Assembly (NCBI GenBank): GCA_963668645.2
Contig: CAXXWC010000001.1
Span: forward strand, 256,001-320,000
DNA length: 64,000 nt
Reading direction: 5' to 3'
Source of the DNA: Desulfobacterales bacterium
GTDB lineage: Bacteria > Desulfobacterota > Desulfobacteria > Desulfobacterales > UBA2174
Part shown: positions 18,679 to 25,732 of the stretch, one piece after another
Layout of the letters: every line of letters begins with the position of its first letter
Position numbering within the stretch: position 1 is the first letter of the stretch
Notes under the pieces: model-generated
Told to the model about the DNA's origin: nothing
The model's database searches: none
Seen by the model: the letters and a program-made list of their open reading frames with translations, nothing else
Made by a program: the position numbers and the translations under genes

Positions 18679-21600
18679 CTGGGAGGAAGACGAGCCGGAA
18701 CCCGAAGAGCCGGGAGCGGACGCCGGGGACGCCCCTGCAGCGGGACGCCGACCGGCAGAGCCCGGCCGAGAGGTTCCAGGAACCGCCCCGCAGAACCCGG
18801 TTCGAGCCGTCTGTGTTATCCAACCAAGCCCTGCCATCGTCCGGCGCCTCTTTATAACTACCGTGCCATAAATCTTCGCACCATTCCCACACGTTTCCGT
18901 GCATATCAAAAAGTCCGAACGCATTGGGCTCCTTTTCCCCGACAACGTGGAGCCTTCCACCGGAATTCTTTTCATACCACCCTGCCCGGTCAAGATCGGT
19001 CTCAGTGTTTCCCGTATGGTAGCGGGTCTTCGTACCCGCCCGGCAGGCGTATTCCCATTGGGCTTCCGAAGGCAGTTCCAACCCGGCCCATTCGGCATAT
19101 TTCTTCGCCTCATACCAGTCAACCCCAACCACAGGTTGAGCGGATTGGCTGAACTGTCGATCCCCCCAGAATGCCGGCTCCCTTGTTCCCTTATTTTCCG
19201 CCAAAAACCGCCCGTATTCCTCATTGGTCACTGGATAGCGGCCCATGTAAAAATCCGCCACGGTGACCACATGCTGAGGGCTTTCGTCTTTATAGCGTCC
19301 ATCTTCTACATCCGGTGATCCCATAAGGAAATCTCCGCCGGGGATCCGTACCATTTCGTATCCACATTGAGACGATTTAAACACTTCCGGCATGTCCTCG
19401 GCGAACCGGGTCTTCATCCACTGACGGATTTTGTCGTAGGGATGGCTGCGAAGCGCGGCTGATAGATGTTCGAGGGATTCACGGTCCAGAAGCTCGACGA
19501 TCCGGAGGGCGGCAAGCTGGCGTTCCCACAGCCGGTCCGGATTGCCAGCGGGATCCAGGGTCAGCAGTTCTAAAAAGGGCATTGCAGTCCGCTCGGCCGT
19601 TTCATCCAGGCACATTTCGAACAGGCCCGAATGCTCCAAGAACCCGGCCTGCCGGACAACTTCCCGCATAAAGGGCTCGAACAGGCAGCTATCACCGCCC
19701 CGGGCCAAAAGAAGCAAAATCACTTCCTGCCACCATCCCTGTCCGAACTTGGCGGCCAGCTGCTTCAACACGTCAGTTTTTCCGAGTTCTGAAAAATAAA
19801 GCCGCTGAATCTCGCGCGCCGCCAAATATTCCTGAAAACCCAGGTGTATGAAACCGTATTGCTCATGGCTCCAGCCGGTTAAAAGCCCACTTTCGTCACG
19901 AACAGCACGGAGAAAATCAGCGGCCGATCCATCGCTCCAGTTTACGGCTTTCAATGCAGGTTCGATCACGGCAGATAGCTCAGTCGCCGAAGCGCGTGTG
20001 CGCTTTTCTTCCTGGTGCAGCCAGTAAGCCGCCGGCTGGAGAACCCTTCGTCCGGTTTTGGCCATCACGCGGGGCTGGTATCCGATGGCGCCGCGCCATT
20101 TTTCCAGAAGCACATCGAGGCACTCTTCATAAAGCATAGACCGGGTGTGAGGCAGGTTTCCCCGGCTCTGGTGAACGAGGCAGATATTGGTGAGCAACAA
20201 TGGATTGCGGGTCATCTCGAATACCCGCTGGGACCGAAAGTCTGGTTCCCCGAGCCGCCCAATCAGTTCATCGGCTTTTTTCGTGGCCAACAGTTCAGCT
20301 TGACCCTTCTCGGAGGCCAGGCCCGTTTCCACAATCCGGTACCAGTTGCGGATAAAGGCCTCGGCCTGCTTTTCCTCCATGGGCCTGAGGTGCATTTCCA
20401 GAAAATCCGCATCCAGCCGGGCTTCATCCGTGTAGCCCGCAAACCGGCAAGTGACTACAAACCGGCAATCGGGGTAGATCTTCAAGGCCTTTTCAACCCA
20501 TCGGGAAACCTGTCGCCGTTGATCCGGGTCCGCCACCTCATCCAACCCATCCAGCAGGAAAAGCAGGTTCCCGCGCTCCAGAAGCCGACTGCCGAAACCT
20601 TCAGGCGTATTCAGAAGCGGATCACCGAGTTGCTCCTGAATGAAATCATCCAACCGGCTGTCGGGGCCATGGAACTCCCGGAAAGGCAAGAACACCGGTA
20701 TCATGTTTTCCGGAAGCCCCAGTTGGACCGGACCGCCTCTCAGGCACCAGAGCAGCACCCGTTTGAGATGCGTGGTTTTGCCCGAACCCGGATCTCCCAA
20801 GATGACGATGCCACGGCGCGGCCTCGCCATCTTTTCCGCCTCTCTGAAGGCATCCGGAATGGAAATCTCGCAGTCCTTACCGTGAGCGCGCAAACATTTT
20901 TCCGCGTCTTCCGAATCTGCATAACAAGATCGGCCCGTAGCCCGCAGATCCACCATGGCCCGAAGGGGCACATAAATATCCGCGATATCGATGATCACCC
21001 TGAGATTGGTCTTGAATCCGATAAGCGGCAGCTTTTCATGCAGGGCCTCGACCTTTCGGCAGTATGCGCTTATTTCATTCTCCAGGACCGGATCGGGGGT
21101 CTTCGTCTGAGATCTTTCCGATGGGATGAATTTTGGGGTTCCTTCCGTTTTTTTCAACCGGATGTCATAGTATGGAAGGTTCGAATTGCCTTTGCCCTGC
21201 CTCCACAGATGATCCGGTTCCCAGGTGCCGTTCTGCTCGATGCGGCGGCGGGTCTCTACACGAAGCACGCTACCATCAAGCCTGAGCAGGTTGTATTGCA
21301 GCGGATAACCCGGGGTCCATTCGCGGCTCGGGGCGCCGAAAGTCCCGGCGCCGATGATGTGGACCTTCTGGCCATCGGGGATGTCATACCGATACAGGCC
21401 GGCCTCGGCCTTGTGGATATGTCCGTGCAGACAGACGCTGAAACCGGATGACGCCAGCCATTGCATGAAGCCGCGATCCCTGATCCGGTCATCATCCTGG
21501 CTGTCGAGCGGGTGATGCCAGACGGCGAATTTCAGGCACTCCCTGAAAGCCGCCTCTTCGCGAAGCTGTTCAAGCGCGTAAGCCAGTGCGTCCGGATTGA

Positions 21601-22363
21601 TGGATACCCGCTTTGTGAAATGGTGGTCCACCTCCCAGCAGGAATTGAAACCTACGACGACGAGGTTGAGGCCCGGAAGATGGTGCAGCGTGATCTGTTT
21701 TTTGGGATCCACCGGATACGGGACGCCGGTAACGGTTTCGTAAAATCGGCAGAAGTTCTGAAAGCGCATGCGCCAGGCATCTTCATCCCGCAGCCGGATC
21801 ACGTCATCGGTGACCCTGATAAAGTGTCCCTCTCTCAGAGGCCCACCATGCGCCTCCACATCCAGCAACCGGTATCCTTGTTTCGACAGGCCCCAGTTCA
21901 GGTCGTGATTCCCGGGGACGAGTACCACCCGGCTGGCTGACAACCCGAATTTAGCGCAGACCTGTTCAAAAAAGGCCTCGGCAGCCCGGTATTCCTCCGC
22001 GGTTGAAAAATTGGCGATATCGCCGGAGACAACCAACCCGTCCAGACGCTGGCAGGAAAGCTCCCCAATAAGGTCGTCGGCCAGTTGCCCGTACCATCGC
22101 TTCGCATCAGCCCCCGGATCCCCATCCGGCCCTGCGCCGAAGTGAAGATCGGACAGGTGGAGGATATGGGCGCATTTGGCTGGATCGGGCGGGCTTGTCT
22201 TTTGCTCTGATTCGGTTCCTTCCGGTTCTTCTGTATCGGATACAATGTCACCGGAAGTGTGGTGATGGTGGAAATGGAGGCCTCCCTCGATCCTGGCATT
22301 ATCACCGACGACACCCACCTGGGATCCTGTGATATGCGTCGATTTCCCCTTCCCCCTGCTCAC
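18623..22363 (-). CDS. DGR target 2: N-terminal amyloid-like motif, calcineurin-like metallophosphoesterase, NACHT, FGE-sulfatase (CLec-fold) domain with VR
   Basis: HLSDLH, SGDI, PGNHD, WHHP, LHGHIH (metallophosphoesterase); LGDPGSGKTT, LLDGLDE, VVTCR, RNPLLL, FIHLGFQEYLAA (NACHT); [34 protein letters not shown] at 22363 is 8 nt after AGGAGG (the ORF track uses TTG at 22369). Confidence 0.92.
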   Translation of the reverse strand: MSRGKGKSTHITGSQVGVVGDNARIEGGLHFHHHHTSGDIVSDTEEPEGTESEQKTSPPDPAKCAHILHLSDLHFGAGPDGDPGADAKRWYGQLADDLIGELSCQRLDGLVVSGDIANFSTAEEYRAAEAFFEQVCAKFGLSASRVVLVPGNHDLNWGLSKQGYRLLDVEAHGGPLREGHFIRVTDDVIRLRDEDAWRMRFQNFCRFYETVTGVPYPVDPKKQITLHHLPGLNLVVVGFNSCWEVDHHFTKRVSINPDALAYALEQLREEAAFRECLKFAVWHHPLDSQDDDRIRDRGFMQWLASSGFSVCLHGHIHKAEAGLYRYDIPDGQKVHIIGAGTFGAPSREWTPGYPLQYNLLRLDGSVLRVETRRRIEQNGTWEPDHLWRQGKGNSNLPYYDIRLKKTEGTPKFIPSERSQTKTPDPVLENEISAYCRKVEALHEKLPLIGFKTNLRVIIDIADIYVPLRAMVDLRATGRSCYADSEDAEKCLRAHGKDCEISIPDAFREAEKMARPRRGIVILGDPGSGKTTHLKRVLLWCLRGGPVQLGLPENMIPVFLPFREFHGPDSRLDDFIQEQLGDPLLNTPEGFGSRLLERGNLLFLLDGLDEVADPDQRRQVSRWVEKALKIYPDCRFVVTCRFAGYTDEARLDADFLEMHLRPMEEKQAEAFIRNWYRIVETGLASEKGQAELLATKKADELIGRLGEPDFRSQRVFEMTRNPLLLTNICLVHQSRGNLPHTRSMLYEECLDVLLEKWRGAIGYQPRVMAKTGRRVLQPAAYWLHQEEKRTRASATELSAVIEPALKAVNWSDGSAADFLRAVRDESGLLTGWSHEQYGFIHLGFQEYLAAREIQRLYFSELGKTDVLKQLAAKFGQGWWQEVILLLLARGGDSCLFEPFMREVVRQAGFLEHSGLFEMCLDETAERTAMPFLELLTLDPAGNPDRLWERQLAALRIVELLDRESLEHLSAALRSHPYDKIRQWMKTRFAEDMPEVFKSSQCGYEMVRIPGGDFLMGSPDVEDGRYKDESPQHVVTVADFYMGRYPVTNEEYGRFLAENKGTREPAFWGDRQFSQSAQPVVGVDWYEAKKYAEWAGLELPSEAQWEYACRAGTKTRYHTGNTETDLDRAGWYEKNSGGRLHVVGEKEPNAFGLFDMHGNVWEWCEDLWHGSYKEAPDDGRAWLDNTDGSNRVLRGGSWNLSAGLCRSASRCRGVPGVRSRLFGFRLVFLPGQPDKQAGQVKGAERNGG
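18679..18808 (-). repeat. DGR variable repeat VR2
   Basis: 130-nt ungapped match to the TR with 20 mismatches, all opposite TR adenines (hand alignment). Confidence 0.97.
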
Positions 22364-22365
22364 CT

Positions 22366-22773
22366 TCAAGGCCTCCTTTTCCCGAAGTGGATCTCGCCTA
22401 CCGTTGCGCCGTCTCCGATCACCCCGACCTGGCTGTTTTGGACGCTTACATGATGCGTTGAAATCACCTCCCGCCCCTCGGGCATTTCTTCCAGCACCTT
22501 CTTCAGCAACCTGGCAGCATCGAGAATTTCATCGAGCTTATCGGCACCGGCTTCTTTGAGTTCATCCTTAAGGGGTGCTTCCCAAACCCGGGGCTTCTCT
22601 TCGTATTTCGCGAGCGCTATCTCACCCTCGGATTTTTGTGTTTCGACAAAGCGTTTCAGAATCAGGGATTTCAAGCCGGCATAGGCATCCTTCACCGCCT
22701 CGGAAGCGGTCTCTTTGGCTGCGGCCGCAGCGCCGGCTGCGAGAGCTCCGATGATCAGTGCAGAGGATTCCAT
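22366..22773 (-). CDS. Bell-like helical protein with C-terminal amyloid-like (BASS/RHIM-like) motif
   Basis: ATG at 22773 after GGAGG; 135 aa. The N-terminus IIGALAAGAAAAAKETASEAVKDAYAGLKSLI resembles the Bell domain. The C-terminus VSVQNSQVGVIGDGATVGEIHFG matches the N-terminus of the next gene. Confidence 0.75.
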   Translation of the reverse strand: MESSALIIGALAAGAAAAAKETASEAVKDAYAGLKSLILKRFVETQKSEGEIALAKYEEKPRVWEAPLKDELKEAGADKLDEILDAARLLKKVLEEMPEGREVISTHHVSVQNSQVGVIGDGATVGEIHFGKRRP

Positions 22774-22891
22774 GGCAGCCTCCCAATGGTATGTATTGAT
22801 GGATGCGCTACAATAACAAGAGCGCTTTACCCGATCAATAAATAAAGAAGGCCCTACAAAATAGACAACGTATGTTGTGTACAATGAAAAC

Positions 22892-23028
22892 TTGACCCTT
22901 TCGTAAAAAGCTCTGAAACCGTCATGCCGGACTTGATCCGGCATCCAAAAGCCTCTGTAATTACTGGATTCCTGCTTTCGCAGGAATGACGTACGAAAAG
23001 CAAATCCGACTTTCTACGAGGTAATCAA
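22892..23028. repeat. MITE/REP-like palindromic element
   Basis: Imperfect terminal inverted repeats TTGAcccttTCGTAAAAAG / CTTTCTACGAggtaaTCAA enclose hairpins GTCATGCCGGACTTGATCCGGCATCC and GGATTCCTGCTTTCGCAGGAATGAC. Confidence 0.75.
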
Positions 23029-23182
23029 ACTTCGCCGGAGAACCGGGGATCGGATCCGATTGGATAGCCGGCAATAGCTGCCCATGGCCGTAAAGGGACG
23101 GAATTTTCGGATAGAAGCAGCCGGCACATGATGGCCGTGGATTGGCGGGGATATGGCTGGCTTGGCCGGTTCTTGCGGCGCA

Positions 23183-24142
23183 TCAAGACGCCATTACAGC
23201 CTCGTGCTGCAGGCTGACCCACAGGGCCACGTGGGGTTTTCGGCCTGAAAAAAGGTACTCGGCCAGGATGCACGAACCGATGGAATCCTTGCCGGGGGCG
23301 GTCGATACCAGGGTCCCGGTCCCGTTGAGATGAAAAGTCACCTGGCGCATCTCCACCTGGCTTGCCAGGTCCTCCAGGGCATTGATGATGTGCCCCAACT
23401 GCCCCTCAGGACTGCCGACGTCGCGCTTGAGGGCATCCAGGCGGCGGTTGATCTCGGGCAGGGTATCGGCCGCGGCCCGGGCCGTGGCATCGTCCCGGCT
23501 GGGGTCCCGCTCGGCCACGTGCACCACGAACTCCAGCAGTTCGTGTTCCTTTTCCAATCGCTCCCGGTCTTCCTTGAGTTGGGTGATGCCGTCCAGGGCC
23601 TGGAGAAAAACGGTCTGGAGGATGCGGTGGATCACTTCGGTGCGCACGGTTTGCGGGTCGGCCGCCGGGGCCACCAGCCGCATCTCTTCGAACATCGAGG
23701 CCTCAAAAGGCACATCACGGCGCACAATCTCCCCGTCCTGCTCGGTGATGAACATCCGGTGCCGGTGGTGGCGCCCCAAAAGCAGCGCGAATAGCGTCCC
23801 GTCCTCTCCGGCCTTGTCCGCCGCCTGCAAAACGCCCTTTTGGGTCTCGATCCAGGTGCGCATTTCCTGCGGGGAAATAAATAGCGCCCGCAGCGCCATG
23901 TCGGTCTGCCAGCGCTCGGGGTCCAGGGCCACCGGCCCGGGGATCTCTTCGATGATCTGCCGTGCGGTCCCCAGGGCCTGTGCCAGGCTCGGGGCCAGGC
24001 GCCGGCGGTAATCTCTGGCCAGGAGCAGTCTGGATTTTGTCTCGCCCGCGATACGATCGATTTCAGCCATGACCGCCTGCTGCGCTTCGGACTGCCCCCC
24101 AAACCACTGCCGTAATGACGACCACCAACCCTGCTGTCCCAT
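23183..24142 (-). CDS. Hypothetical protein with coiled-coil region
   Basis: 319-aa ORF with GAGG upstream and normal composition; no motif recognised. Confidence 0.6.
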   Translation of the reverse strand: MGQQGWWSSLRQWFGGQSEAQQAVMAEIDRIAGETKSRLLLARDYRRRLAPSLAQALGTARQIIEEIPGPVALDPERWQTDMALRALFISPQEMRTWIETQKGVLQAADKAGEDGTLFALLLGRHHRHRMFITEQDGEIVRRDVPFEASMFEEMRLVAPAADPQTVRTEVIHRILQTVFLQALDGITQLKEDRERLEKEHELLEFVVHVAERDPSRDDATARAAADTLPEINRRLDALKRDVGSPEGQLGHIINALEDLASQVEMRQVTFHLNGTGTLVSTAPGKDSIGSCILAEYLFSGRKPHVALWVSLQHEAVMAS

Positions 24143-24612
24143 CTTGCGACCTCATCAGCACGTTCCGCTTCGAACCGGCGCCCTGCGCTGTCCTGACCGT
24201 TGCCACGCCGGCCATGCCCTGCCAAGAGGTGTCCGCGGCCAACTGATGGTTCGTCCGGCCGCCTCCTCTCCCCTCGATTCCAGGGGATCAATTGATCGCT
24301 CACTTTACTCCCAACAGTCTTCTGGGTAAAGAAAACTCCGGTTGCCAAACGCATTGGCAACCCGGCCCTGAAATGCCCCTCCGGCCTCCGGCCTGAAAAA
24401 CGACCCGGATCCGGGTGCCGATGCGCTCTTTTCCTGCGGGATGCTCCAGATTGACGTGGGTGATGGGGTTGTTGGCTGTTTGGGTGGCTTCCTTCGATGT
24501 TTGCTGCCTGACTTGCAGATTCCTCCTCGCTGGCGCTCGCCTTTACAATCCTTGACGCTGTACGCTTGTTGTACTAACAATTGTTGTGCGCCAACAAAAG
24601 TGAGGAACCCCC

Positions 24613-24912
24613 ATGCCAACTTCACAAACAAGTCCAAACCGGGAAACGAAAACAGCCAGACTCGGGCTGCGCGCCACGCCGGAGCAGGAAAGGCTCCTTC
24701 GCCGGGCCGCCGAGGTGAGCCGCAAATCGCTGACGGAGTTCATTCTGGACAGCGCCTATAGGGCGGCTGAGGAGACCCTGCTGGACCAGCGCCTCTTCCT
24801 GGTTGGCGGCGACCGCTATCAGAGCCTTCTGGAAATCCTGGATCGTCCGCCCTCAGAAAACAGCGGTCTGCGGGATCTGTTCGCCAAGAAAGCCCCCTGG
24901 GACGAAAAGTGA
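24613..24912 (+). CDS. DUF1778 (TacA/AtaR-like RHH) antitoxin
   Basis: KTARLGLRATPEQERLLRRAAEVSRKSLTEFILDSA...AEETLLDQRLF; overlaps the GNAT gene (GTGA). Confidence 0.9.
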   Translation: MPTSQTSPNRETKTARLGLRATPEQERLLRRAAEVSRKSLTEFILDSAYRAAEETLLDQRLFLVGGDRYQSLLEILDRPPSENSGLRDLFAKKAPWDEK

Positions 24913-25427
24913 CCCCACACCCGCCAGTGCCGCTGTCGAAGGAGCACCGGCTCGAATCCTTTGACTGCGGAAAGCCTATCCTGAACGACTGGCTACGGCG
25001 CCATGCGCATACCGCCGGTGCCAGTAGGTCAGCCAAGACTTTCGTGGTAACGGCAGATGAGGATATAGTGGTCGGCTATTACAGTCTGACCGTCGGTCAG
25101 GTGGAACCGGCCGTGGCGCCGGCGCGTCTGTGCAAAGGCATGGGACGGTATCCGATTCCCGTGGTTATTCTGGCTCGGCTCGCGGTTTCGCTCGAATGCC
25201 AGAACCGAAGCATCGGCCGGGGCCTTCTCCAGGATGCAATTTTACGCACGCTATCCATCGCGGACCACGCGGGGATACGCGCCTTGATGAATCATCCCAT
25301 GGACGATTCGGCAGCGGCCTTTTATCTCCGTTTCGGCTTCATCCCTTCACCACTGCAAGAAAGGCAGCTTGTGCTCCTGTTGAAGGACGCCCGCCGTTTG
25401 CTCTCTACGGCGACCGGCCACGCTTGA
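24909..25427 (+). CDS. GNAT acetyltransferase toxin (TacT/AtaT-like)
   Basis: FDCGKPILNDWL, VGYYSL, PIPVVILARLAV, IGRGLLQDA, AAAFYLRFGF. Confidence 0.9.
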   Translation: MTPHPPVPLSKEHRLESFDCGKPILNDWLRRHAHTAGASRSAKTFVVTADEDIVVGYYSLTVGQVEPAVAPARLCKGMGRYPIPVVILARLAVSLECQNRSIGRGLLQDAILRTLSIADHAGIRALMNHPMDDSAAAFYLRFGFIPSPLQERQLVLLLKDARRLLSTATGHA

Positions 25428-25520
25428 AGGATCCAGCGGCGATTTCATCAATCGCGGAACAGAGCGGTTTCTTGTCCCAATATCCGGGCACGGAGCAGAA
25501 ACGGGCGGGCAATAAAGCAA

Positions 25521-25556
25521 AAAAGCCCTGCAACCGGTTAAAGTTGCAGGGCTTTT
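25521..25556. terminator. Bidirectional intrinsic terminator-like hairpin between the TA operon and the tRNA 3' end
   Basis: 14-bp perfect stem AAAAGCCCTGCAAC / GTTGCAGGGCTTTT with an 8-nt loop. Confidence 0.75.
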
Positions 25557-25562
25557 GGTTTC

Positions 25563-25639
25563 TGGTGGCGATGCAGGGAATTGAACCCCGGACACTGCGG
25601 ATATGAGCCGCATGCTCTGACCAACTGAGCTACATCGCC
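25563..25639 (-). tRNA. tRNA-Met (CAT), probably elongator
   Basis: GGCGATG-TAGCTCAGTTGGTCAGAGCA-TGCGG-CTCATAT-CCGCA-GTGTC-CGGGG-TTCAATT-CCCTG-CATCGCC-ACCA folds as a cloverleaf. G1:C72 is paired and there is no GGG/CCC anticodon stem, so it is not the initiator. Confidence 0.93.
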
Positions 25640-25732
25640 GTAGATCGGGCTGGAGTGAGAGAGTCTCCCGACGCGAAAAAGGCCTTTTAGCAGGCGTAAC
25701 GAATGGCGTCAAGCCAAAAGCATAAAATTCCT

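Larger units (their letters stand above)
14341..22773 (-). mobile_element. Diversity-generating retroelement cassette (Bell-like gene, target 2, HRDC, RT, TR, target 1)
   Basis: DGR-type RT, an adjacent AAC-rich template repeat, and two variable repeats that differ from it only at template adenines. Confidence 0.97.

Noticed and set aside
22774..22944. N-terminal extension of the Bell-like ORF given in the track
   Set aside because: It is translated from the REP/MITE element; a good RBS and ATG exist at 22773.
25563..25639. tRNA as initiator fMet or Ile2, and as a duplicated prophage att site
   Set aside because: The G1:C72 pair and non-GGG anticodon stem argue against fMet, and the GGCGATG acceptor is Met-like, although Ile2 is not strictly excluded. 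I saw no second copy of the 3' end and no integrase in the window.
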